Source: Podarcis erhardii | Taxonomy: Eukaryota | Assembly: GCA_964252035.1 (NCBI GenBank) | Contig: OZ176203.1 | Length of the DNA stretch: 64,000 nt | Strand: one strand, 5' to 3' | In this document: piece by piece, positions 12,946-25,540 of the stretch | Numbering within the stretch: position 1 is the first letter of the stretch | Layout: every line of letters starts with the position of its first letter | Notes under the pieces: model-generated | The model's database searches: none | Seen by the model: the letters and a program-made list of their open reading frames with translations, nothing else | Told to the model about the DNA's origin: nothing | Position numbers and translations under genes: made by a program

Positions 12946-15047
12946 AAAATGTGTTTCAAACCTCATCTTCTAGCTAGCTCTTATGCATGAATGGCACTCA
13001 GAAAACAGCTGCCGTAGAAACAAGATTAGAAAGAACCACATGGTAAACATTTTAAATGTACAAATAGCATCTGTACACATAAGAGGAACCAGCCAGTAAG
13101 TCCAGTATTATCCTGACTCTCCTTCCTAGATCTGAGTGGTGTGTGTTAAATGCTGTGCTTGCAATTGAGGTTAATACAGCCATCACGTGGTAAGCTTTTT
13201 GTGTGTGCAACTACTGCAAAATTATTAGTCACCTATTTCCACCCACACATGCCTCATGACCTTGTAGTCTTAAACTGAAACTGGCAATTGGACTATGATC
13301 CATATGCTAACTGACCAAAACTCAGTTCCCACTTCTGCACAATTCACTTAGGAATAGAGGAAGGTGCCCGCTTGGGGAGAGGTTCGCCTGATGTTGTATG
13401 ATACCAGGTGACTGACAGGTGATTGTGATTTGCGCAAAATGATTTTGCAGGCCAAATTTAGACATCTGGTGGGTCTATAACAAGACCCGTGGGCCAGAGT
13501 TTCTCCACAACTGACATAAAACAAGACAGATATTTAGAAAATTGACTTTCGATTTTAAATTTTGTATTAATCAACATGCCACACATGCACAATTAAAATA
13601 GACCACAGCTGACTCCAGGGCACCCCAGAGTTATTTACATATGTCTTGGGAGATAATGGAAGCGTGTGCCTTTGGGGGTGAAGGCAAACTGTTGGAGAGT
13701 TACGGCGCCTGCTGTGGCCGCAGAGACCAGGAGAGTGCCCAGTTACAGGAAAAGTATATTAGCTCTAAAACAAAGTGTGATTACTGGTCAGAAGAGGATA
13801 TTGAATGCCAATTACCGTAATTCAAACACTGAATTGTTACCCAACATATGAGTTGGTGGGTGCAAAACACCCTAAATTATGGATTAAGCTAGTGTTAGAA
13901 TTTAATTGAAGCTTCTGTGTTGAAACTGTGTGTCAGACCCCGTGTTAGGACCTATGCAAGACCCATATATATTAAGAAGTGTGTTAGACAATTTTAATTT
14001 ACTGAAATAAGCATGTGTGAAAAAACTAATCAAGCTAGGCAAACTTCATAAATGTTGTATAAGACACTTCCAAATCCTGGAATCAACTAGTGTAAAAGCT
14101 AGTTAAGAAAAGACTGATTTCTTTTTGAGGTGATAGCCTGGGGATGAAACTCATTAAGACTCAAAGGATCAAGGGCAAATCTCATCATGTGAAATCTACG
14201 GTTTATCATATGAATCTTTTTTTGTTATGCTGAAGCAAATGCTGTGTATTAACTAAAATAAACCTGTGGTTTCTACAGAATCTCGAGTCATTTCATCTGA
14301 AGTGAAAATGCTGTTTTTCTCTGTGTGGGCAAGTTTTGAACCTTGAACACCCACTAAAATGTGAACGGAGGAACCCACCCCTCAAATTAGCTCCATAATT
14401 TGTTCCCATATATGTACTTGTATGAATGCCCCATTAGTGCTCATCAACCCTACCAGCAGCAAGTACCGGAGAACTTGACAGCAGAAGAAATATCACCTTT
14501 TTGTGGTGGAAACTACAATACAATTTTTTGATGCATGAGAATGTAGAAAGTGTAAATAGTGGAAGCTGCTAAATCATAATGCAGACAGCTCTTCAGCCCA
14601 TGAGTTGAATTTTCTTCCATGAAATGGTTTGGCATTATCTTTTAAGTACCATTCACCTCAAATGAAATTTCCTCTGACATGGAAGCTTGACGGAACACCC
14701 CTGTTTTTATTTTCTTGAGTTTTACGGTGAGGGCTCGTCTTCCCAAAGAGAGCAGTCCTGTTCTGATAACCACTGAGGAATGTGACTTCATCTGCTTCCT
14801 CTGTGTTTGGTTTTTTGACAAGTAAGCACAGGAAACCCTGTACAAGTGGCAAGGCAGAAGGAAGAACCACTCCAACCCGAAGGAGCTAATCAGTCTAGAG
14901 CACACAGAGTTGCTGTAGAACCTAGGGATGTAGAAAGTGGAGCAGAGATGCTCGCTGAGATGAAGTGTTTGCATGAAAAGATGCTCGCTGTGTTGGTGGT
15001 TAAGCAGACATCAGAATGGATGTCGTGGTGATATAATTGCATGCGCC

Positions 15048-15135
15048 ATGGAAGCCAAATGTGGAATTAATTTTGTTCTGAAGAACTGGAGTGCCTGTGC
15101 CCTGCTCACTGTCACAGTGGTGATGGCAACAATTG
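15048..15135 (+). CDS. CD200R1: CD200 receptor exon 1, signal peptide (MEAKCGINFVLKNWSACALLTVTVVMATI)
   Basis: Kozak-like gccATGg, hydrophobic leader, phase-1 donor |gtaagt at 15136. Confidence 0.8.
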
Positions 15136-15442
15136 GTAAGTCTTACTTTTCACTGAAGATGTTGCCTTTTCTTATAAAGTCTTTGCCTTTCAGTTTCACC
15201 CACATTAAAGGATATGTAGCAAAGCAGCTAGGGAACAGGCAGCATGGACCGGATCGTTATCATCTACTTATAATATTTAGACCTAAAGGGCAAATAGCGG
15301 CATACATTTATCAAGCCAAATATTTTTAAAGAGGAAGAAAAACCTACTTCGAATAAGCTGGGAGTTGGCCTGAGTATAAATTCCTATCACAGTATTATTT
15401 AGCATAGGGATGGGAGACTTGTGGACCTCCAGATATTGCAAG

Positions 15443-15489
<47 letters not shown>

Positions 15490-15812
15490 TATTTATACCC
15501 CGCCCATCTGGCTGGGTTTCCCCAGCCACTCTGGGCGACGTCCAACAAAACACTAAAATACAATAACCTATAAAACATTAAAAGCTTCCCTAAACAGGCC
15601 TGCCTTCAGATGTCTTCTAAAAGTTTGGTAGTTATTTTTCTTTTTGACATCTGGTGGGAGGGTGTTCCACAGGGCGGGTGCCAATACCGAGTAGGCCCTC
15701 TGACTGGTTCCCTGTAACTTGGCTTCTCGCAGTGAGGGAACTGCCAGAAGGCCCTCGGCACTGGACCTCAGTGTCCGGGCAGAACGATGGAGGTGGAGAC
15801 GCTCCTTCAGGT
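15490..15812 (-). mobile_element. L2 3' fragment with (AAT)n tail (15444-15489)
   Basis: ttataccccgcccatctggctgggtttccccagccactctgggc motif shared with other copies (e.g. 6140, 51775). Confidence 0.75.
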
Positions 15813-16172
15813 CATAGAATCATAGAATCATAGCATCATAGCATCATAGAGTTGGAAGAGACCACAAGGGCCATCGAGTCCAACCCCCTGCCAAGCAGGA
15901 AACACCATCAGAGCACTCCTGACATATGGTTGTCAAGGCTCTGCTTAAAGACCTCCAAAGAAGGAGACTCCACCACACTCCTTGGCAGCAAATTCCACTG
16001 TCGAACAGCTCTTACTGTCAGAAAGTTCTTCCTAATGTTTAGGTGGAATCTTTTTTCTTGTAGTTTGGAACCATTGCTCCGTGCCCGCTTCTCTGGAGCA
16101 GCAGAAAACAACCTTTCTCCCTCCTCTATGTGACATCCTTTTATATATTTGAACATGGCTATCATATCACCC
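15813..16172 (-). mobile_element. CR1 LINE 3' fragment
   Basis: DMIAMFKYIKGCH...RSNGSKL...F.LNIRKNFLTVRAVRQWN.LP CR1 ORF2 end; (gattctat)n-type tail. Confidence 0.92.
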
Positions 16173-17310
16173 CTCATCTCAGGTCCCATCATCTCAGACC
16201 ATTGGCTATCCTGGCTGAGGCTGGCTGGGAGTTGGAGCTCAACAGCATTTAGAAGGCGGCAGTTACCCCTGCTCTGCTTTAGCAGAGTATATGTCTGAAT
16301 TTAATTAGGCAATTATGCTCACTTTATAAACAAAGTTATAATGTCTCTCTCTTTTTGAACTCTCTTGGGATTCTCTCTATCACACCTGTTGAAAAGCTTA
16401 CAACTTTTGCTGGCATCAGTTCCAGCCCATTCATCTCCAGGGCTGTAGGAAGGCTGGTCTGGTGTTTGGAAGACCACTATGTGAAATCTGAATACTTCTC
16501 CTCTGGTGAAGGAAAGCAGAAGACAGAACAACTTTGCTGGCCGGAATTGTCAAGGGTTGGTTGGGTGCAGGTAGATTGACTTCACTAAAGTAGTGATCAG
16601 ACCTGTATCCAAAACACCAGTTTTAGAACAGTTTCTATCCCTTCTGTTAATTTTATTATTATTATTATAGTACAATTTATATGCTGCTTATATTTAAACA
16701 CATTAAAACATAGGTTAAAACATCTCAAATAAACAGCAAATACAACATTCAACATAAACATTATGCATAAAAATCAGCTAGAAAAGTGCAAGGAAAATTC
16801 ACAGTAAGCAACTGAACAAAATATCCTCTAAAAATCAGGAAGTAAAATATTACAAATAAAAATAAACTAAAAAGTGTCCTTTATAAATAATAACTTAAAT
16901 ATAAATTATGGATTGCATGATGGCAGAACAATTTAAAGTTTTACTTGAGGAAACCTCTTTCTTCCACCCTCTTTGGCCATCTGCAATGGAGAATAAATAG
17001 ATTCCTACTGACCACAATAGTCGGAGAAGACGGTAGGCGAAAGTTCAGTGAAGGTTTACTGAAAAAGGCATTGTCTCCATGGTGTTGAGATGGTGGCCTG
17101 TCAGCACATTTTGGAAAACTGCTGAAAAGTCTATTGCAAAAAGGGAATAAGCTGTAATTTTGGCACGTGTCAAAACAGTCATAAAAATCCCCAGTAAATA
17201 TAATTTGTGTGTATCAACCTTTAGTTTTCAGAGGTGGACTAAAATGGTCCTTTGGGCAGAGGTCTTTCCATTCCTCAAGTAACAAAACTGTGCTTTATCC
17301 TTTTAACATA

Positions 17311-17536
17311 CAGTGGTACCTCGGGTTACATACGCTTCAGGTTACAGACTCCGCTAACCCAGAAATAGTACCTCGGGTTAAGAACTTTGCTTCAGGATGA
17401 GAACAGAAATCGTGCTCCGGCGGAGCAGCAGCAGCAGGAGGCCCCATTAGCTAAAGTGGCGCTTCAGGTTAAGAACATTTTCAGGTTAAGAACGGACCTC
17501 CGGAACGAATTAAGTACTTAACCTGAGGTACCACTG
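17311..17536. mobile_element. Tigger/mariner-type MITE, inverted relative to copy 1
   Basis: cagtggtacc...ggtaccactg TIR, TA flanks. Confidence 0.9.
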
Positions 17537-18027
17537 TATTGACTGGAATTAGTAGGTCAAACTGTATTATAAACAAACACATGTAATGATCAAGCAGAAG
17601 CTCGTTTTGTTGTTGCATGAAAAGCAACTTTGGGAGAGGGCAACTGGAAATGGTGATCCAGTAGGTTCTTAACCCTTACTCTACCCACAGTTCCTTGCTC
17701 CAAATCACCTTCCAAAGAGAGTCATCCCTACAGGGTGGTTCAGATACGCATTTGGTCCCATTAAGCACTTGTCCCACAACTATTTTATTTTACAAAATCT
17801 ACATACCACTTGGTTGTAGTAAAACCTCTAAGTAGTTTGCAATAAATGTTAAGATTATCAATAAAAACAGTTTTAAAATAGCCATTAAAAATATTTGAAA
17901 GGTAATTAAAAGTAACACTAAAAAATTAAAATGTGTCAACATCTATGTTTTATTTTGTTTTTATATGTGCTGGAAGCTGCTCAGAGTGGCTGGGGAAATC
18001 CAGCCAGATGGGTGGAGTATGAATAAA

Positions 18028-18076
<49 letters not shown>

Positions 18077-18663
18077 GATGGACTTGCCTAAACAAAGATA
18101 TTTCAAGCCGGTGCCAAAGGTGCATCACAAAGGTGCCTGCCTAAATGTCAACAGGCAGGGAGTTCCAAAGTGTAGGTGCTGCCATACTAAAGGATCGATT
18201 GCTTACAACTGTAAAATGAATACTGTACAACACTTTTAACAGTGTCAAATCTGCAGATTGAAGTGGTTCAGTGAGCACATATGGGGTGAGGCAAACCTGC
18301 AAGTAACTGCTTCCAGGCCATTATATACCAGTAGTAACACCTTGAACTTGACCCAGTAGCAAATGGGCAACTAGCACAGATCTCTGAGCAGAGGTGTTAT
18401 TATATGCAGACAGGGTCTCGTTCTTGTCAGCCACTGTGCTGCAGCATTCTGCACTAACCGCACTGTTTGGGTCAAGTGCAAGGAAGGCACCACGTAGAGT
18501 GCATTGCAGTAATCCAGTCTTGAAGCAATCAGTGTCTGAACTATTGTGGCCAAGCTCTCCCAGTCCAGGAATGGCCAAAGCTATTGCACCAGGAACAGCA
18601 GGTAAAAAGCACTTCTAGCCACCAAGGCTACCTGGACCTCTAGTGACAAAGCTACATCTAGAA

Positions 18664-19999
18664 CAGTGTTTCCCAACCTTTTTTGGGCAAAGGCACACTT
18701 GTTTCATGAAAAAAATCTCGAGGCACACCACCATTAGAAAATGTTTAAAAAATTAACTCTGTGCCTATATTGACTATATATAAAGTAACTCTCTTTAATA
18801 GGCATCAAATAAACACAAAGAAAGTACCGGTATTTTATAATTACTTTATTATGAAATAGTAAGTACCGTATTTTTAGGACGCTCCGTCCCATAGGACGCA
18901 CCTACTTTTTTTTGGGGGGGGGAAATAAAGGAAAAAAAAATTTCCTTTATTTCCCCCCCCCAAAACCAGGTCGGGGAACAGTGGGATGGCGGTGCTGCGC
19001 CTCCCCACTGTCCCCCGAGCTTGTGGGGCTGGCCCATGTCTGCCTGGCGCGAGGGGCGCTCTGCTTCAGGGCGCCCCGCGCATCGGGCGGCAGGCTACAG
19101 TCCGCAGCATGGGGAACCCTCTGTTTCAGGGCGCCCCACGCGCCCCCCGTGCGCAAGGCTTGCCAACACAGCGCGGAGCACGGGGCGTCCTCTGAAGGGC
19201 GCCCCGTGCTCTGCGCCGCCCGCAAGCCTTGCGCTCCTGGGGGGAGATCCCCCGGGTGCGCAAGGCTGGCCAACACCAGCGCGGAGCACGGGCGTCCTCC
19301 GAAGGAACGCCGCCATCCCGCTGTCCCTCGACTTGGTTAGAAGGCTGGCGGGGGGGAGAAGCCTGCTCCTCCCCGTCGCCAGCCCCGCAAACTCGGGAGA
19401 CAGCGGGAGAGGCGTAGCGCGCCCACCCGCTGTCTCCCGACATGGTTTGGAGGCTGGCGGAGGGCTTCCTCCTCCCCCAGCCCCGCAAGCTCCCAGAGCT
19501 CTGGGTCCCGTTCTGGGGGAGGGGGAAGCTCGGGCTTCCCCCGCCCCAGCCCCGCGTCTCCAGCCGGGAGACGGTCGCGCTTTAGCCCCGTGCGTGCTCT
19601 CCCAGCTGGAGAGGTGACGCGCGCCTATGGAGGCTCCTGCCATAGGCGCGCGTCACCTCTCCAGCCAGGAGAGGGTCGCGGGGGGCTGCTTTAGCCCCGT
19701 GCGTGCTCTCCCAGCTGGAGAGGTGACGCGCGCCTATGGAGGCTCCTGCCATAGGCGCGCGTCACCTCTCCAGCGGGGAGAGGGTCGCGGGGGGCTGCTT
19801 TAGCCCCGTGCGTGCTCTCCCAGCTGGAGAGGTGACGCGCGCCTATGGCAGGAGCCTCCATAGGCGCGCGTCACCTCTCCAGCTGGGAGAGCACGCACGG
19901 GGCTAAAGCAGCCCGACTCGCCCGCCTCCCACCCACGGCACACCCGGCAACCTCTCGCGGCACACTAGTGTGCCGCGGAACACCGGTTGGGAAACACTG
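18664..19999. mobile_element. Non-autonomous hAT (Charlie-type) element, 1336 bp, with chimeric GC-rich interior
   Basis: Perfect 15-bp TIR cagtgtttcccaacc/ggttgggaaacactg; 8-bp TSD atctagaa (18656-63, 20000-07) fitting the nTCTAGAn Charlie target; no transposase. Confidence 0.93.
19579..19914. repeat. Three 109-bp tandem units, each a hairpin; the third is a perfect palindrome with 57-bp arms
   Basis: Units start at 19579, 19688 and 19797; arms 19792-19848 and 19858-19914 are exact reverse complements around a 9-nt loop. Confidence 0.95.
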
Positions 20000-21005
20000 A
20001 TCTAGAAGTACTTCCAGGCTGCTCTTCCTTCAGGAGGAATGTAGCCCTGCCCAGGTCAGGCAACTGACCATTTTCCTCAGATGTGGGAACCATTCACCCA
20101 CAGTGCCTCCAAATTTCTTGGATTCAAGCTCAGCTTGTTTTCCCTTATCCATCTCACCACTGTGTCCAGGCCCCACACAACTTCCCATTCCGCATTATGG
20201 AGAAATTTTCCTGATTCTCTGTTCCTAATGCCTTCTGCCGAGGTGGTATTTTCAGTAAACAAAGGTCCACCAGACAGCAGTTACGTTTGCTTATAGTATG
20301 AATTGGTTCATCCCTCAAATTGCTTTCTAAAAACTCTGGTTCAACATTCATGTTAATGGTTTCTCTAGAAGGCACTCATTATTCTCCCACACCCATTTTA
20401 GTCTTACAACAAGCTTGTGATGTACATTAAAGGTGATTGGCCCAAGGTAAGCTTCTCAGCTGCGTGGAAAGTTAAACCCGAGTCACCCAAGTCCTCTTCT
20501 AGCACTCGGAACCACTACACCAAGACTGGGGAACCTGTGGTCCTCCAGATGTTCTTGAAACCCAGTGCCAATCAGCACCAGTCCCAGCATGGCCTATGGC
20601 AGGGGATGATGGGAGATGTAGTTCAACAAACCCTGGATAACCACCCAGAGACTGCACCACACTGGCCCCATACCACTAAACACGCACACCTAATTGTGCA
20701 TTCCAGTGAAATGTGAAAATTACAGTGCATGTATCCATTTCCAAAAGAAGATCTTGAATGATTTTGGCAGCCTCTCCAGAGGTTGAGTCTTCTCTTGTGG
20801 ATAAATTTATATGGTCATTATACTAATAAATCTGGGCTATGTGCCTTGTTTAACATGTGTTGCTGTCTTATTCACCGGTCTAATCTTTTCCTCAGTTTCT
20901 AGAGTAATTACAGGACTGTGTTTATTTATAACATCAACAATAGCAACAACCACAACAATTATATGTCATGGTCCTTTTATGGTTTTGTCTTATGACTGTT
21001 TTTAG

Positions 21006-21113
21006 GATCATTCCCAGCAAGAGGGTCCATTCAAAATAAGTCTGAACAGCATCATGCCAACAGTTCAGTCACAGGAATGACGGTGAAAAATATTAAACCT
21101 CAGCTGGCAGAAG
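21006..21113 (+). CDS. CD200R1: CD200 receptor exon 2, N-terminal extension (GSFPARGSIQNKSEQHHANSSVTGMTVKNIKPQLAE)
   Basis: tttag| acceptor and |gtaac donor, 108 nt, phase 1-1, open frame, two N-glycosylation sequons. Confidence 0.72.
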
Positions 21114-21903
21114 GTAACATTGCACACCTGTATTTATTAATTATAGTAGAGCAGATAACAATGCTATTTTACATAAGTTTAGTTGTTAAGGCCCGGAGAG
21201 ATTAATGACTAAGCTTGATTTAAAAGGAGAGAGCGCTATATCTAGTATGTGAACACACTACACTACGCTACACCTATAGGGTGGATTTAGAAAAGAATTT
21301 TACCAATATTTGATTTTGTTTATATTTTTTAAACGTTTGGTGAGTGCCTAGACGGTCTCTTATGTTTTTATATTGCAAACTGCACTGTGATATTCGACTG
21401 AAGGGCAGTACGAAAAAGTAATAAATAATAAAATAAAATAAATTATGATGCAGAGAAGCTGGAAACAGATGTTTGAAATAAATGAAATTAAAAATTCAGA
21501 GCGAATTTGTTCGGTTCATAATTCCCAGCATTTTATGCCAGTTTCAAAATAATTCTCCTTGCGTTTGATAAGTTTACCACTTTCTGCAGATTACAGCAAC
21601 AAGATTACCGTGTAACAATGACCAGACATACCAGAGGGTATAACTCTCATGATACATATCTCTGCTGTTAAGTTACCTTATAGTATATCCTAATACAAGG
21701 GTTACACCGCATCAGTGTGTTTAACAACCTTTCATGGTAGTTTCTTTCTAACACATTGGGAAACCGTGTTTTTGTGATTCCTTTTGGATTTTATTAATAA
21801 GGAGTATTTGAGGATTAAAAAAAACAGCTTGGTCTCAAATGTAGTCTTCAGATCCAGCTATGAAAACCTACTGATGGTATTTTTTTTTAATATATCCTTC
21901 CAG

Positions 21904-22212
21904 GCAAATCAAGAACGGATGCAGTGGTTGGCACTGAAGTTATCCTGACCTGTCCCCATCAGAGACCTATGATAATGGTATCTTGGAATGCCAATTTAAA
22001 GAATGGAACAGTTTGCTATTTATCATACATCAGTGATAGAAATCAAACAGGGGGAAACTGCAGTGAGGATAGCATGTGTTGGTTATCTAGACCAGACAAG
22101 GACTCCACCCTTCAGATAAAGTCAGCACAAATATCCAGTGAAGGAATATATAAATGTTCTACAGCAACTGCTGATGGAACATTCAGCCATGAACATAATC
22201 TAACCATATTAG
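21904..22212 (+). CDS. CD200R1: CD200 receptor exon 3, IgV domain
   Basis: ttccag| acceptor and |gtaaga donor, 309 nt, phase 1-1; VILTC..W...C....NC...WLSRPD..LQI....EG.YKC...DGTF pattern of CD200R V domains. Confidence 0.95.
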
Positions 22213-24623
22213 GTAAGAAACTCCATGTTCTTTTCCTTACCTATAAATCATAATATGAGACTGCTACATCTATTTCATTGAATCCAAACATTTAAAACTA
22301 CTTTTAAGCTACTGGCAACCACTGAAAGCATTTTGCAGTAATATTTAAGCACAACAGTGATAAAAAAGGTATGCAATAAAAAAAACCTATAAAATTGAAT
22401 TAAAAACAAACTATTTCTACTTCTGCTCTTCCTTCTACAGCTGCTGTTACAACTACTACACGTTTATTAATATTTTTTAGTTGTGAACAAAGAACATAGA
22501 AATGACATAGTCTTTTCAGACATAGGACTTAAAGCTTCTTCTGTTTCAATCTGCTTTTTCAGTGCCTCTTCTCTGCTTTCTTCTCAGCAAGACCAAACAT
22601 GAATATAAATACCAGTTTCAAAATGCTGAAGTACACAAGTTTGAAAAGGCTGACAAGGGTGTACAAAAGTGAAATGGGAGGGAGGGAATAGAGCTTGGGA
22701 AAGGAAGGTTGAATATAGCAATAGACTGTGCAGAAAATGTGAATTTGTGGTGAGTGAGACTGCATTTTGTTATCCACACCATTGGCAGGATGTGTTCTGA
22801 GGGAACTACTGCTCCTAAAATGTCACAAAATCTCCCTTCCCTGTTTTGGTATCCAACCAACAAAATCCCTCTGTGTGTGTGTGTTTTTTTTTCATTAACA
22901 TTTCACCCTTGGTATTTCAGAAGTCTTTGTTTTCTCTATGAAAGTATGACCCTTACTTTCTCCATGATATGGCCCTGGCCACTACAACTAACCCCAGAGC
23001 TTCCTTCAGTACTATCTGCCTTTCTTGCTCTCTTCAAATATCCGCTAGCTCTCTCCTATCAGATTGAAGTGAGGCAGAAGGGGTGTGAAACAGGCATCAC
23101 TCAGGCCAATCTCAGCCCTGTCACATCATACAGTGGAAGGTCACTCTACACATTCCACACCATTGAACACATAGGGAGATCACACAGGATCTTTCTTCAA
23201 ATACCTTATATTCTGCAGCAGAAGAAAAATTGGCATGGTGTCTGCATTATTCCAGAATACCGGCAGAATAACGTTGACACCATGTGGAACTATGCAGGAA
23301 AATCCAGAGAAAACATGCATTATAGTGCTTTAAAAGCCATATGCCTCAAGTGGTCACCTCTTCACACACCTGACTGCTCAGCTTCATAAAACTCAGGCTC
23401 CCTCCAACTCTCCAAGCAGTCTCTAAAAACAGCATGATGAGAACTGTAGTCTGCTCTAGTTCTGAGCTCCATAGACCTTGAGATGGCATCCTGCCACAAG
23501 AAATCTCATATTATAAAATATGGTTTTGTGCTTATCGCACTTCTGCCTGTCTGTCCAAACTACCCATTCAGACTCTTCACGCTCACTATGTAACCAGTAT
23601 CACAAATGTCAAATGTAGGAAAACCTTTACAGCCCTTCTAGTTCCAGTCTGTGCACTCTGCCATTGTTGAAGGATGCTGTTGTAGGATTCCTTATGAAGA
23701 GAGAGTTTGGAGGAAATGTACCTGGAGATTTGCCCCACTGGTTTGCCCAGTCTATGAGGACTTAAGCCTTGTTCAGATACTGTATTTAAATTTCTCAGTT
23801 TAGAGATCGATTGGGTATCTGACTAACTTTTTATTACAGGACAGATCCCTCTACACTTCTGAAAAAGTGGCTTGTTTTGCCTTTGGAGTGGCAATTTTAT
23901 AGAGAAAAGTTTGTAGGAATGATGTCAAATTCTTCAGAGCAAACTCTCATCTGACAGAATGCCTGGTCTTAATAATTATTTTAACTGTGTAGTGCATTTT
24001 ATTCTGTTTTATGTTGTTGTTTTTTGTAATGGTTTTGGCTACACAAATTTGCACCACAGTACAGTCTGCTCTCTGATCTGGTCTGCAGGGATCAGAGGCT
24101 GCGACCTGGATGCCTGCAACTTAACGTCTGTCACGATGTGCACTTCTGTGCTGGGAAGAGAGGATGATTTTTAAGTCAGACTGGGGATGAGGGGAAGAGG
24201 GGACTCCTAACAAGTTACAGTTTCCAGGATTCTTCAGTGGAAGCTGTTTAAAGTGGTATGCTACAGCTTTCAATGCCTAGTGCAGATGAGACATAATCAT
24301 GCCCTGGATGAGTCAGTGGCCAGCCACGCTGAGTCAGACCACGAGTTCTTCCTGCTGTAGTGACTCTGCTCATTACATGGCATAGTGGTCAGCAATTCTT
24401 GACAGCATGTATAGGAATATGTTTACTCATCAGGTTTCGTAAGGGACTTATTTCTTCCTCAAATGTGTATTTTGGTGCAACATAAGATACCAATAGAATA
24501 CTATACTCTCCAGCATTTCTCTGATGAAAGCAGGGACGTCCTATTAATTTTATTATTTATACCCCACACACCTAACTGGGTTGCCCTAACCACTCTGGGC
24601 AGCTTCCAACATATGTAAAAACA

Positions 24624-24950
24624 TGGACTGCAAGAAGATCAGACCTATCCATTCTTAAGGAAATCAGCCCTGAGTGCTCACTGGAAGGACAGAAGCTGAG
24701 GCTCCAATACTTTGGGCACCTCATGAAAAGAGAAGACTCCCTGGAAAAGACCCTGATGTTGGGGAAGATTAATGGCACTATGAGAAGGGGACGACAGAAG
24801 ACGAGATGGCTGGACAGTGTTCTCGAAACTACCAGCATGCATTTGACCGAACTGCGGGAAGCATTGGAATCAGGAGTGCCTGGCGTGCTCTGGTCCATGG
24901 TGCCACGAAGAGTCTGACACGACTAAACAACTAAACAACAACAACAACAA
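24624..24950 (+). mobile_element. BovB (RTE) LINE 3' fragment
   Basis: HLMKREDSLEKTLMLGKI...RGRQKTRWLD peptide; (CAA)n tail. Confidence 0.92.
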
Positions 24951-25540
24951 TAATACATTAAACTTTTTTTTTTAAACTTCCCCATAGAGGGCTGCCTTTA
25001 GATGGCTCGGGAGGCAGATAACTCCATACCCTCCAACATTTCTCCAGTGAAAATAGAACCACCCTAATGAAAAGTGGGACATTCCAGGATCAAATCAGAA
25101 ACCAGGATGGCTTCTATAAATCCAGGACTGTCCCTGGAAAATAGGGACACTTGGAGGGTCTGGAATAGGCAGCTCTGCTACCTTTTATGTCCATCTTTTT
25201 ATGCCAGGGGTGGGGAACCAGATGTGCATACCCTCCAACATGCTGCAGCGGAAAATGGCCATCTTCTGGGGCCACAGGACAGGAGGGGCATGAGATACGG
25301 CTATCAGCTGCCTGTGTTAAGTGTGTGTGGTTGTATGTGTGGATGGGTCTGGCCCTGCTCACTGTGGGATCAAGGCACCCCCACTACTCAAATGCTGTTC
25401 CTGACAGCTTTACACTGAGTTAATGCTGCCCACAGCAGCCCAAGCACCCTCCATTTGCCGCTTCTAATCTAGAGTAGGCCTCATCCCACCACTTTGATAA
25501 ATTTAACTGACCCTTCGCCTCATTTATTTGTTCCCTCCAG

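Larger units (their letters stand above)
18073..20290 (-). mobile_element. Old L2 LINE fragment split by the hAT element at 18664-19999
   Basis: SRLDYCNALY...LVQNAAAQWLT on the left part and ENKLSLNPRNLEAL on the right part, in colinear ORF2 order. Confidence 0.8.

Noticed and set aside
13860-14349. Possible solo ERV LTR upstream of CD200R (aataaa at ~14278, ends ttgaaca)
   Set aside because: I could not find a TG start with a matching TSD, so the boundaries are unsupported
18849-19643. Cluster of overlapping 100-200-aa ORFs on both strands
   Set aside because: Stop-poor GC-rich transposon interior; low-complexity Ala/Arg/Pro/Gly peptides with no domain motif
19579-19914. CRISPR-like array of palindromic repeats
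   Set aside because: The spacers are not unique, the period is 109 bp, there are no cas genes, and the context is vertebrate
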